Source of the DNA: a virus
Reading direction: 5' to 3' (one strand)
Length of the DNA: 64,000 bases
IMG/VR virus record: IMGVR_UViG_3300042384_000288
Location: 32,001-96,000 of that record
Shown here one piece after another: positions 43,155 through 52,387 of this stretch. A program made the translations under genes and the position numbers. A model generated the notes under the pieces. That model was not told the origin of the DNA and did not search any database. It saw nothing but the letters and a program-made list of their open reading frames with translations. Each line of letters begins with the position of its first letter. The stretch's first letter is position 1.

Positions 43155-44122
43155 TAATTTCCCTTCCATAATATGGGATTTTTTAAATACCAATTATAGT
43201 ATCGATAAAATCCTTCTTCTACATCTACTGTGGGTGTATAGCCTAATTCTTGTTGAGCACAACTAATATCCAATCGACCTCGTTTAGGAAAACTTAAGTC
43301 ACGTGGTGCTATTTCTAACTGCCCTTGACCTGCAATTTTAACCGCAAGTTCGGCAGCATCTTTCAAAGTCCATTGGCGTTTTTCTGAACGTGTAATGTTA
43401 TAGATATTACCGTTGGCTACGTCTTTAGTTGCTGCAAGCACAATACCCATAGCAGTATCTTCTACATAGGTGAAGTCTAATACTTCATCTGGACCATTTA
43501 CCTTAAGTGTTTCGCCACGCATGGCTTTGGTCATAAACTTACTGACCACACGATCCTCGACGTCCCATTCACCGTATACAGCACTTGGACGAATAATCAC
43601 ATGTTCAAACCAACCACGGCGACTATAATCTTCTACAAGTTTCTCACCCATATACTTCATAATGCCGTATTGTCCGATTGGCTTGCAGACTGCATCTTCA
43701 GAAACATCAGCAGTGAAATCACCGTAGACCATGCTTGAACTAATGTAGACGAACTTCTTAACACTGTGCTTTTTACATGACTCTAATAGGTTAATTAATC
43801 CGGTTGACATAACTTCGCTGGCTGTGGCTGGATCTTGCTCTACTACTTTTTGGCGCGGATAGCTGGCCATATGTATAACTACATCAACTTCGCTAACACC
43901 AATCGTAGTGTCTAACTTATGTTGATTGCGTATATCTACTGGATATACTTCTGAAGCAAAACGTCGACTGCGATGCTGGCTTAAGTAGTTGATTTCTGAT
44001 TGCGGAATAAAACCGTAGCCAGTATTAGTATCTACTACCACGCATTCGTGTCCTTGTGATTCTAAAATGCGTGTGACATTGTGTCCAATAAATCCAGCAC
44101 CACCTGTGATTAAGTACTTCAT
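43154..44122 (-). CDS. NAD-dependent nucleotide-sugar epimerase/dehydratase
   Basis: ITGGAGFIG, SSSMVYG, YGIMK (YxxxK), DFTYVED. Confidence 0.95.
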   Translation of the reverse strand: MKYLITGGAGFIGHNVTRILESQGHECVVVDTNTGYGFIPQSEINYLSQHRSRRFASEVYPVDIRNQHKLDTTIGVSEVDVVIHMASYPRQKVVEQDPATASEVMSTGLINLLESCKKHSVKKFVYISSSMVYGDFTADVSEDAVCKPIGQYGIMKYMGEKLVEDYSRRGWFEHVIIRPSAVYGEWDVEDRVVSKFMTKAMRGETLKVNGPDEVLDFTYVEDTAMGIVLAATKDVANGNIYNITRSEKRQWTLKDAAELAVKIAGQGQLEIAPRDLSFPKRGRLDISCAQQELGYTPTVDVEEGFYRYYNWYLKNPILWKGN

Positions 44123-44280
44123 CGGCCACGACCTGCTGATTTTTTTGCAGGCTTGTTTGAAGTTACTTTACCTTTAGGTGCACCCTTGCCAGTGTCCACT
44201 GTTAGGTCCGTGTTAACACCATGTTGTTCTTGTTGTTTCTTTTCTAATGCAGCTTTAACTAAGTCTTTAAGTGATGCCAT
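44119..44280 (-). CDS. Small basic protein (53 aa), below the ORF-track cutoff
   Basis: MASLKDLVKAALEKKQQ...NKPAKKSAGRGR*; AGGAGA RBS; ATGA overlap with the epimerase. Confidence 0.65.
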   Translation of the reverse strand: MASLKDLVKAALEKKQQEQHGVNTDLTVDTGKGAPKGKVTSNKPAKKSAGRGR

Positions 44281-44290
44281 TTATATTCTC

Positions 44291-44938
44291 CTAATCCCAA
44301 AGTGCTTGGTAGTACTTGCCAAATAAACGTGTGCCGTTGCTGATACGTTCATGATGTTTTGTATAACCTTTTTTATCAAACTTACTTGTATCGTTGGGAC
44401 CTTTTTTCCATTCACATAAACCTTTTTCATCGGGCTTAGTGAAGTATCGATCACTTACTCCGGTGTGAAACTGTGCGTCATTGTTTTCGTCACATAGTTG
44501 TTCAAACGTCCAGATCATTTCATCTAATACCCAATCCCAACGACGAAAGTGATTACTGTCAGTGTCCCATGAGTTCTTTTTACTTTTGACAGCAGCTTTA
44601 GTGGTACTGCGTAGATTGGCTGGTACATCCTCGTCATCCACCAATGGCGCACCGTGTTTAACTTCTTTTAATCGTTTAAGCATTGGTAAGATGATTGGAC
44701 TTAGGGTTGAGTCCATACTCCATACGTCCCAATAGTCAATCTTAACGTAGTCAACTTTTGGATGTACTACGTCTAAGAATTTCATCAATACAGTGCTAAC
44801 TGGAGTTAAAATTGCATTAGTACATTTAACCCAAGGTTCATCGTAGTCAATCTCACGCCACCAACAGATCTTCTCACAGACTGTGTAAGGACTTATCCAG
44901 TGATAACGATATTTGTTCATGTATACTTTCATTTCCAT
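44291..44938 (-). CDS. Hypothetical phage protein
   Basis: KID.WD.WSMD.TL..IILPML..LK..KHGAP...G..LFGKYY..LWD; the start may be 44932. Confidence 0.7.
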   Translation of the reverse strand: MEMKVYMNKYRYHWISPYTVCEKICWWREIDYDEPWVKCTNAILTPVSTVLMKFLDVVHPKVDYVKIDYWDVWSMDSTLSPIILPMLKRLKEVKHGAPLVDDEDVPANLRSTTKAAVKSKKNSWDTDSNHFRRWDWVLDEMIWTFEQLCDENNDAQFHTGVSDRYFTKPDEKGLCEWKKGPNDTSKFDKKGYTKHHERISNGTRLFGKYYQALWD

Positions 44939-45249
44939 TCCTCGCGATGTTTGAAAAATCTTAGTGTGTAATCTACATATTGACTTTCTGTTAGGTCACC
45001 ATAGAATCTAATCTGCTTGTGCCAATCCTGCGCACGGTCATCTACAGCATACTGTAGGTCAATGTTGTTGGCTTCTACCCATGCGTATTCTGGAGTTAGG
45101 CTAAATTTTTTAGCCATATCCCAATATAGTTCATTGGCATGTTTATGTGTGGCATCGTTGGCATGTATACTATCTACGTAAAAGCGTACACGATGCGGGC
45201 GATCATATCGCCATTGAGGCTTTAATTGTTCCGTGGCTTTGGTATCCAT
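44929..45249 (-). CDS. Hypothetical protein
   Basis: ORF in the operon. Confidence 0.65.
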   Translation of the reverse strand: MDTKATEQLKPQWRYDRPHRVRFYVDSIHANDATHKHANELYWDMAKKFSLTPEYAWVEANNIDLQYAVDDRAQDWHKQIRFYGDLTESQYVDYTLRFFKHREEWK

Positions 45250-45417
45250 CTAGTCTGCCTCTTTAATAAAATGACCAGCAAAAACACTTCGCGTTGGAAG
45301 TTTTCCTTGAGACATTCGTTTAATAGTGTTATATACATTGGTAATACTAACATTAAATTCTCTGGCGATTTCTTTTAACCCAGCTATCTTTTTTGTTTCC
45401 CCGTTAGGATATGTTAT
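45250..45417 (-). pseudogene. Relic C-terminal HTH-like DNA-binding domain of a homing endonuclease
   Basis: Start-less frame ITYPNGETKKIAGLKEIAREFNVSITNVYNTIKRMSQGK...GHFIKEAD* filling the gap after thyA. Confidence 0.55.
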
Positions 45418-46250
45418 TATACCGCAAAAGGAAAATTTATGGTTGGATGTGATACATAATCGATAAGTTTTACATCGTCCATTGTAAATTTATCAATATC
45501 TTTGATACCCGGATTAATCCATAATTTAGGTAAAGGTAATAGTTCTCTTGATAACTGTTCTTTAACTCCATCAATTTGATTAATGTAAATATGGGCATCA
45601 CCCATAACATGGATAAATTCTCCTACCTGTAATCCACAGATTTGAGCAATCATATGAGTGAGTATAGAATAACTTGCAATATTGAATGGAGCACCCAATG
45701 GCAAATCCACTGAGCGTTGGTACATCTGACAACTTAGTTTACCATCCGCACTTACGTAGAACTGTGCAAAACAATGGCATGGAGGCAGGGCCATTTGTTC
45801 TAACTCTGCTGGATTCCAAGCTGAGATGATATGTCTACGACCATACGGATCTCGTTTGATACCTTCTACTAGCTTTAGCAGTTGGTCAACGCCACCAAAG
45901 TCTCTCCACTGTACACCATAGACACGACCCAAGTCACCTTGGAATTTAGCCTTAGGTAACCAATAAGACGCTAGGGCATTGTCAGTCCAGATAGTGCGTT
46001 TATCTTCTTCACTGCTGCCATGCAGTATTTCAGCTAATCTACGCTCATCACTGGATCCTTCTAAGAACCAAAGTAGTTCACTAAGACAGGCTTTGAACGC
46101 TAGTTTCTTAGTAGTAACTGCTGGAAAGCCCTCAGTTAGATCGTAGCGTTGTTGCATGCCAAAGACACCAATGGTGCCTGTGCCTGTACGATCATCACGT
46201 TGAACTCCGTGATCTAAAACATGTTGTAGTGCGGCGAGATAAGTTTTCAT
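45417..46250 (-). CDS. thyA: Thymidylate synthase
   Basis: DRTGTGT, ELLWFL, GRVYGVQWR, AWNP, LPPCH, YQRSVD...PFNIASY, GDAHIY. Confidence 0.97.
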   Translation of the reverse strand: MKTYLAALQHVLDHGVQRDDRTGTGTIGVFGMQQRYDLTEGFPAVTTKKLAFKACLSELLWFLEGSSDERRLAEILHGSSEEDKRTIWTDNALASYWLPKAKFQGDLGRVYGVQWRDFGGVDQLLKLVEGIKRDPYGRRHIISAWNPAELEQMALPPCHCFAQFYVSADGKLSCQMYQRSVDLPLGAPFNIASYSILTHMIAQICGLQVGEFIHVMGDAHIYINQIDGVKEQLSRELLPLPKLWINPGIKDIDKFTMDDVKLIDYVSHPTINFPFAV

Positions 46251-46256
46251 TGTATC

Positions 46257-46285
46257 ATTATAACAGAAATTAGTCTAAAGGTCAA
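46257..46285 (-). promoter_or_regulatory. sigma70-like promoter; probably leaderless thyA mRNA
   Basis: TTGACC-17-TATAAT with 6 nt to the ATG. Confidence 0.65.
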
Positions 46286-46785
46286 CCGAAATAGAAAGTT
46301 TTATCCCAAGTTTCGTAGGTGCAGTTATCACCAGGTGTAACTGATTTAATTTGAAAACAGGCCAACATTTTGTCTAACTGTACTCGAGTATCAGTAAACC
46401 AAGCACCTTTGATACGTGTTAACAGCACACGTTCTACAATTGATTCTGTAGCTTCGTAGAGCTGTTGCCCACCAATTACATAAACATTTTTAGTGGGATT
46501 GTCTCGTTGTATCTGCAGAATGTTTGCTGTAGGTTCGCTAGGAATCCATTTGACCAAATGCTGATATCGTTTGTCGACATGTCGACTACTAACAACATAG
46601 TTAGCACGATTAGGCAACGGTTTGGGCATTTTAGGATCATCCCAAGTATTGCGCCCCATAACTACTATTTGGTTAGTAGTATGACGGGCAAACCAACGCA
46701 TGTCTTCTTGATTGTGCGGCCAAGGTAAAGTGCCTCTATTACCAATACCACCGGTATTGGTAGAAGCTAAAATAGATATAATCAT
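46282..46785 (-). CDS. folA: Dihydrofolate reductase
   Basis: GIGNRGTLPW, DMRWF, VMGRNTW, PLPNR, VIGG..LY. Confidence 0.95.
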   Translation of the reverse strand: MIISILASTNTGGIGNRGTLPWPHNQEDMRWFARHTTNQIVVMGRNTWDDPKMPKPLPNRANYVVSSRHVDKRYQHLVKWIPSEPTANILQIQRDNPTKNVYVIGGQQLYEATESIVERVLLTRIKGAWFTDTRVQLDKMLACFQIKSVTPGDNCTYETWDKTFYFG

Positions 46786-47132
46786 AGATCTTTAAGTGCC
46801 TTGTCTGTTTCGGGTTGTACAACATTAACCACCTTGTCGATGTCAATAAAGAAATCAACATTTTCGATGTATTGGTCGAGGTCGTAAAACTTAGCGTCAA
46901 GTAACTCTTCGATATCGTTGGGATCTTGGCCATCTTCAATTAATTGTTTAATATCGATATGCAGATCAGTACCATCTATTAGTTTTACAACTATCTGTTG
47001 TAACACGTTAACTGGCAATTCCTTCTTATCGACATCTCGGACTATGTCCTGCCATCGCTTTTTTAAATCGAGTTTTAGTTTCTTTGCTCGATTATTACGC
47101 GGTGGCTTTTTTGATTGCGGGTTTTCTGCCAT
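46782..47132 (-). CDS. Hypothetical protein
   Basis: Coupled to DHFR by an ATGA overlap. Confidence 0.65.
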   Translation of the reverse strand: MAENPQSKKPPRNNRAKKLKLDLKKRWQDIVRDVDKKELPVNVLQQIVVKLIDGTDLHIDIKQLIEDGQDPNDIEELLDAKFYDLDQYIENVDFFIDIDKVVNVVQPETDKALKDL

Positions 47133-47745
47133 TTGTTGTTTTCTTCGCCGGAGTTAGTGATTTAGCTTCTTCTTTTAAACGTTTGGCTTCTGCTAGTAAA
47201 TTCTTAGCTTCTGTTTCCATACGGTTTGCTTGATCTAAACGTTGATTTGCTAAATCTGCATCTGATAAAGCTTCGTTACTTGTATTTACACTAGATGAAG
47301 AAGTTCTAGTAGGTTCGCCAACTTCACGACCTTCACTTAACACTCCTTTAACTCCGCGATTTGAATCAATGTCGGCCATACGCTGTTTAGCGTCTTCACC
47401 TGCTTCCATCTCTTTAAGAATCTTGTTTAATTCGTCTAAACGAATAGTACTCTGTGAAGTTGGGGTAACAACAACTTGATTAGTTGGAACTTTCTTCAAC
47501 CATCCTCCACGATGCAATGCTGTTAAACAATTCTGACCATCGCCCATGATAGTACGGAAAAGAGCATCTGCTAATTCTTTAGCATTTTGTCCTACTGCAC
47601 TTTCTAAGCATTTCATTGCCTCGTCATGAATCATTTGTGGCAAACTATCTGTATAAACAATTAGCGCCATATGTTCTTCATCTGGAATGTACTTGTAGAC
47701 GATAGCAATCTTGCGTTGGTTATGTTTACCTACGTGTTTAATCAT
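47095..47745 (-). CDS. Hypothetical protein with C-terminal coiled coil
   Basis: Likely start MIKHVGKH after GGAGA RBS. Confidence 0.7.
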   Translation of the reverse strand: MIKHVGKHNQRKIAIVYKYIPDEEHMALIVYTDSLPQMIHDEAMKCLESAVGQNAKELADALFRTIMGDGQNCLTALHRGGWLKKVPTNQVVVTPTSQSTIRLDELNKILKEMEAGEDAKQRMADIDSNRGVKGVLSEGREVGEPTRTSSSSVNTSNEALSDADLANQRLDQANRMETEAKNLLAEAKRLKEEAKSLTPAKKTTNGRKPAIKKATA

Positions 47746-47746
47746 T

Positions 47747-47992
47747 TTATTTCTCCGCGGCAGCGTCGGTTGGTTTAGTAATTGCACCAACGCTGTCTAA
47801 AAATGCAATTAATTTATTATATAGTGCGCCAACGTTTTGTAGTTCTTCAGCACGATATGCGCCGCGTTGACTGGTTAGTTGAATAATCTGTGCTACTGAG
47901 ATTAGGTCTTGAAGAGTAAGACTTGGTGCTGCTTCAGTTGTTTGTTGAGGCTGTGAGTCTGCCTGAACCTCTTCCATTTGTTTCTTGGCCAT
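47747..47992 (-). CDS. Hypothetical protein
   Basis: AAGGAG RBS; TAAATA at 48021-48026. Confidence 0.7.
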   Translation of the reverse strand: MAKKQMEEVQADSQPQQTTEAAPSLTLQDLISVAQIIQLTSQRGAYRAEELQNVGALYNKLIAFLDSVGAITKPTDAAAEK

Positions 47993-48054
47993 TATAAAAA
48001 TTCTCCTTAGGGGACAATTCTATTTACCCATATATTAACCGATGGAAAAATTTC

Positions 48055-48348
48055 TTACCAAATGGCCTTTGGTTCGTTGATTTGCGTGAGGAACATAGAG
48101 AAGTAGGTAGCTTCACTGGCATGTTCAAATGCTACTACAGTCTGTCTAATAGTGGGCCTACTGTTAGATTGGGTAACATCAATTTGACCTATGTAGAAAC
48201 GCCCTTGTAGGTTTTCATATATCCAGTCAGTGATGTCCTTTTCGCCAACTCGTAGGTCAAATCGCACTGATTCAAAGTGCAAGGGGCAGTGACTAAGCTG
48301 TCTGAGTCCGTGAATATTAAGCGGATTTGCTTCACCGTGTTTAAGCAT
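48055..48348 (-). CDS. Hypothetical protein
   Basis: TAATG overlap; C-terminal AFE...EATYF. Confidence 0.65.
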   Translation of the reverse strand: MLKHGEANPLNIHGLRQLSHCPLHFESVRFDLRVGEKDITDWIYENLQGRFYIGQIDVTQSNSRPTIRQTVVAFEHASEATYFSMFLTQINEPKAIW

Positions 48349-48773
48349 TAAAACGGTATCTCTTCGTCGTACTCTTCACCTAATTGTGCTCGCCATTCGT
48401 TGACGTCTGTTGCGCCAATTATACCTTCAACTTTACGACCAGTTTTAATAGTACGCAGTAATTGTCGATTACGCTCGGCCTGTTCTTTTTCGCTACGTTT
48501 CTTATCATTGCCAAGTTTAAGCATCTCTTCGTAGCCGCGAGCCCATTCAACGCCAGTTAACCAGGTATTGATCTCCTCAAGTGTACCTATAAAGATATCG
48601 GCATCACGACTGTAGTGTGGTAAACAATCTTCCTTAGGTTTTAAACAGATATAACTTATAATGTTGTTAGCACCATAGTTATAATTAGCTGAAGAAGAAA
48701 ACTTAAACCCAAGCTCTTCTGCTCGAGCTTCTACACGTTTCATACGCTGTACATCATCCCAACCTAAGGTCAT
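48348..48773 (-). CDS. Hypothetical protein
   Basis: TAATG overlap with the vWA gene. Confidence 0.65.
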   Translation of the reverse strand: MTLGWDDVQRMKRVEARAEELGFKFSSSANYNYGANNIISYICLKPKEDCLPHYSRDADIFIGTLEEINTWLTGVEWARGYEEMLKLGNDKKRSEKEQAERNRQLLRTIKTGRKVEGIIGATDVNEWRAQLGEEYDEEIPF

Positions 48774-50062
48774 TACGCATGTTCCTTACTTAGTTCATAA
48801 TATGCAGTTTGCCCAAATGGTGCAGTAATATTAGTAGTACCGTGAATTACAAACAGTGTTTCACAGTAGTCCTCATCACCCCAACCGTTTCCTGGGTATC
48901 CATCTGTAAACATAACAAGGAATTTAGGAGCAATTTCATTAGCCTTCATGAATTCCCAGTTAGCTTCAAATGTAGTACCACCACCACCTTGTACGTCATA
49001 AGTGTCAATGTCGTCAATGTTGTCTGGAGTAAATGTCGCCATGCCATACACATCTGTATCAAATGACCAAACACGTAGTTTGAAGTCATCAAATGCCTGC
49101 ATAATACCTTTGACTTCACTTAGAATATCACGCAACATACCTTCACTCATACTACCTGACGCATCAATACTCACACAAACATCAATGGTTTCTGCAAAGT
49201 TAGTACCTGGAAATACTGCATCCATGTGCCAGCTACGACGACTTGGCTTCATCCAAGTGTAATCACTTTTTACCAAACTTTGGATCTGTTGACGAATCAA
49301 TTCGCGCCAGTTCATCTGTGGGTTAGTTAATGTATTAATCATACGTTTAACACCTGCTGGCAAGTTACCTGCACCTGCAGCCTCTGCCGCATGCAAGACA
49401 GCATTACGTATTTCGTCACGTAATGCTTTCTTTTCTTCAGCAGTCATTTTACTAGGACGTCCGCTACCTTCGCCTTCTTTGTTACCATTTTTACCAGGAC
49501 TATTGCCGCCCTCACTATCTCCATCATCTTCATCTGGGTCTAAGTGTTCATCTAGTAATTGCTTCATCAGCGCATCGATATCAATTTTGTCAGCATTAGC
49601 ATACAAGTCGTCGTATACTTCTTCTGAGCTCCAACCGTCGTATTTCTTGTTGTATAGTCCAACTGGAATAAAGTCACCAATTTTTTGTTGTTTCAAATCA
49701 CTATTCACACAATAGTCTGCCGCCGCATTATATAGTCGCGCATCTCTATCACCACGACGTCCCATGTGATCGTAAACAACGTGCAGTACTTCATGCCCCA
49801 TCAGGAACTCAATTTGTTTCTGTGGTAGTTTATTAATAAATTCGCTGTTATAGTAAAAGCTTCTACCATCAGTAGCTGCTGTACCGCACCACTCATCTGC
49901 ATTAACAAGTTTTAAACGTGTTGCTAAGTTACCAAAAAATGGCGCCTTAAGTAGTAGGGCAATACGTGCTGTAATAAGTTTTTCACGTACAGCTGCATCA
50001 GTACGTGCATCTGTTACAGTAACTACTTTTTTCTTTTCTGCACTAGTTGTTGCTGTTGCCAT
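48773..50062 (-). CDS. Metallopeptidase-like plus vWA domain protein (DUF2201-type)
   Basis: TAATDG, HEVLH (HExxH), N.AAD..VN, IDASGSM (MIDAS), GGGGT.F, FTDG. Confidence 0.85.
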   Translation of the reverse strand: MATATTSAEKKKVVTVTDARTDAAVREKLITARIALLLKAPFFGNLATRLKLVNADEWCGTAATDGRSFYYNSEFINKLPQKQIEFLMGHEVLHVVYDHMGRRGDRDARLYNAAADYCVNSDLKQQKIGDFIPVGLYNKKYDGWSSEEVYDDLYANADKIDIDALMKQLLDEHLDPDEDDGDSEGGNSPGKNGNKEGEGSGRPSKMTAEEKKALRDEIRNAVLHAAEAAGAGNLPAGVKRMINTLTNPQMNWRELIRQQIQSLVKSDYTWMKPSRRSWHMDAVFPGTNFAETIDVCVSIDASGSMSEGMLRDILSEVKGIMQAFDDFKLRVWSFDTDVYGMATFTPDNIDDIDTYDVQGGGGTTFEANWEFMKANEIAPKFLVMFTDGYPGNGWGDEDYCETLFVIHGTTNITAPFGQTAYYELSKEHA

Positions 50063-50093
50063 TTACTACTCCTAATCGTTTACTATAACAGCT

Positions 50094-50122
50094 ATTATAC
50101 ATTCAAATGTGATGCTTGTCAA
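50094..50122 (-). promoter_or_regulatory. Consensus sigma70 promoter
   Basis: TTGACA-17-TATAAT. Confidence 0.8.
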
Positions 50123-50424
50123 GTTGAAAATTTCAGTGTAAAGAACGCCAGCGTCGCTTCATCTCTTACGTAAAGTTTTCTATTACCAAACTCTGTATTC
50201 CATGCCCACTGACCACTAATACAATCTATAGGATCGGTATGAATCTTACCAAACCGCATAAAGGCCTCAATCTCGCAACTTGGACCAAATGATTCCCAGA
50301 ACCAAACTCGATGCTGTTGAAAGGTCAGACTTGCCCCATACTTACCAAAGTAGTCTATGACGTGAGTAAAGTATCCACTGCCATTATACCTTGCATCCAT
50401 CTTCTTAATTTTAAATTCTGCCAT
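50119..50424 (-). CDS. Hypothetical protein
   Basis: ORF with its own consensus promoter. Confidence 0.65.
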   Translation of the reverse strand: MAEFKIKKMDARYNGSGYFTHVIDYFGKYGASLTFQQHRVWFWESFGPSCEIEAFMRFGKIHTDPIDCISGQWAWNTEFGNRKLYVRDEATLAFFTLKFST

Positions 50425-50450
50425 ATCGATACCATATTATTGTAAAGCAT

Positions 50451-50479
50451 ATTATAACATAGAAGTTTGGGGATGTCAA
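50451..50479 (-). promoter_or_regulatory. Consensus sigma70 promoter
   Basis: TTGACA-17-TATAAT. Confidence 0.8.
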
Positions 50480-50489
50480 TTGGAGAAAT

Positions 50490-50557
50490 GATAAATAGAT
50501 GTGTAGTCCACGATATCTCACTATCCGACTACTCTAACATAAAGGACTATGTCAGCA
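50490..50557 (+). promoter_or_regulatory. Late promoter plus structured leader of an endonuclease gene (copy 2)
   Basis: ATAAATA..GTAGTC-CAC-GATA-loop-TATC-C-GACTAC-TCTAAC-ATAAAGGACTATG-TCAGCAATG. Confidence 0.65.
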
Positions 50558-51205
50558 ATGTATTTAACCTCACCTACCTATGCTTATGTTTATAAGTGGA
50601 CAGAATTATCAACCGGACGTTGGTATATTGGCTCACGCACCAAGCACGGATGTAACCCCGCAGATGGCTATATTTGTAGTAGTCGCATAGTCAAACCTTT
50701 AATTGAATCCAACCAAACCAATTGGATTCGAACTGTGCTGTGCATTGGCCACGCTGTTGATATGTTAGCATTAGAGACCGCATTACTAACGCTTGCAGAC
50801 GCTAAAAACGACCCTTTGAGCTACAATCAACACAATGGTGATGGCAAGTTTACTGGATTAAACAGACCTTGTATATTTAAAGGTAAGAAACTTGGACCAC
50901 AGTCAGATGAAGCAAAAATGAAACGCTCGATTGCTCACAAAGGAAGAGTTAAGTCCGAAGAACATAAACGAAGAATTAGCGAATCTAAAAAAGGAACTGC
51001 TCCTTGGAATAAAGGTACAACAGGGTTACAAGTTGCTCACAACAAAGGCACAAGAATGTCCGAGGAACAGAAGCAGAAAATTAGAGATACTAAAAAATTA
51101 AATCCTCGACCTGCTTGGAATAAGGGAATAGCATCTACTCCTGAAGCAGAAGCTAAACGATTGGCATCACGTGCTAAAAATCGCCAAAATAAAAGCGCCA
51201 TTTAA
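50549..51205 (+). mobile_element. GIY-YIG (Seg-like) homing endonuclease with NUMOD3-like repeats
   Basis: YVYKW...WYIGSR, Y..SS, E...L, YN; SEEHKRRISE and PWNKG repeats; inverted relative to neighbours. The start may be 50558. Confidence 0.85.
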
Positions 51206-51218
51206 GACGCTTTTATTT
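51187..51218. terminator. Probable bidirectional terminator
   Basis: AAATAAAAGCG-10-CGCTTTTATTT between convergent genes. Confidence 0.65.
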
Positions 51219-51243
51219 ATTTGCTACTTAAGAACTGGTCTTA

Positions 51244-52341
51244 TCACGCAACGGCCGCTACCACGTAACGACCAAAGCGTTTGTGGAACTCATCGAAGTT
51301 TTTCAACTTGTTTGGTACAAACGGTAAGTTGTAAGTAGTAAGTGCAACACGTGCGCCCATGACAGTTACTTCAGTGGTAAAGTTATCCATCATAAACTTA
51401 AAGAAGTTATCCGCCATGTCGTGCCATTTAGCATTGTCTTCCTTGCCAAATTTAGCATAGGCATCTTGCAATTCATAACACATACTAATAGTCAAAGAAT
51501 ACATTGCTGAGATTTCTTTAATCTGCAATTCTTTAACCTTGCCAGCTAATACATCTTCTGGGTTAGGCAACTTGCTGGCAATTTTACGGTGTGCCATAAA
51601 CTTAACAGCAGTACCGTCACCGATAGTACCTGCTACCAAATCAGTTACAGTGCTATCTGCCATACCATCGTCGAGCAAGCTACTTACAAAACTCCAGCTA
51701 CGTGGGGTTGCAAAGCTACGACTTGAGCTCTTAGGATCAAAGTCATATAAGTCTTGTTTAGCAAATGAGATGTAACCAATTACGTCTTTGTGGATACGAT
51801 TCTCGGTAGCCCACTGTAACCAACTCTCAAAGTCTGGACGCATTTCCAAATGCACAAATCTGTTAGCTAATGGCGCTGGCATTCTGTAAGTAACACCTTT
51901 GTCACCTTCTCTGTTACCTGCCGCAATAATTACCACATTATCAGGCAACACATACTTACCGATACGGCGGTTCAACACAAGTTGATAAGCCGCGGCCTGT
52001 ACACTTGGAGCCGCCGAGTTCATCTCATCTAAAAATAGCGTTACCACAGGATACTTAGCCGCATCGGCTTCACTTGGCAAGTCAATTGGAGGCGCCCAAT
52101 CCATCAAACCTAAATCTTTATTGTAGTAAGGAATACCACGGATATCTGTCGGGTCCATCTGCGCCAAACGTAAGTCATACATACGCCCGCCCATTTCTTT
52201 AGTGATGCCTTCTACAAGTTCACTCTTACCAATACCTGGAGGGCCCCATAAGAACAAAGGACGTTTTTTATCAAAACAACGTAGTATTGCAGCTTTAGCT
52301 TCTAGTGCTGTTACTGTACGATTTTCTGTTACTGCTGCCAT
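51244..52341 (-). CDS. MoxR-like AAA+ ATPase
   Basis: GPPGIGKS, LFLDEMN, AAGNR, PLANRF, TPRSW; AGGAG RBS before MAAV. Confidence 0.9.
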   Translation of the reverse strand: MAAVTENRTVTALEAKAAILRCFDKKRPLFLWGPPGIGKSELVEGITKEMGGRMYDLRLAQMDPTDIRGIPYYNKDLGLMDWAPPIDLPSEADAAKYPVVTLFLDEMNSAAPSVQAAAYQLVLNRRIGKYVLPDNVVIIAAGNREGDKGVTYRMPAPLANRFVHLEMRPDFESWLQWATENRIHKDVIGYISFAKQDLYDFDPKSSSRSFATPRSWSFVSSLLDDGMADSTVTDLVAGTIGDGTAVKFMAHRKIASKLPNPEDVLAGKVKELQIKEISAMYSLTISMCYELQDAYAKFGKEDNAKWHDMADNFFKFMMDNFTTEVTVMGARVALTTYNLPFVPNKLKNFDEFHKRFGRYVVAAVA

Positions 52342-52387
52342 AATCAACTCCTATCAATTAATAAACTTGCCTAACACAACAAAAACT

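Noticed and set aside
35886-46250. Carbamoyltransferase plus thymidylate-synthase homolog as a 5hmC-carbamoylation DNA modification system
   Set aside because: The TS keeps the dUMP-specifying Asn (PFN) and sits beside DHFR, and a dCMP deaminase is present. No dCMP hydroxymethylase is seen in the window, though one could lie elsewhere.
45417-46250. Group I intron in thyA
   Set aside because: The reading frame is continuous and of normal length.
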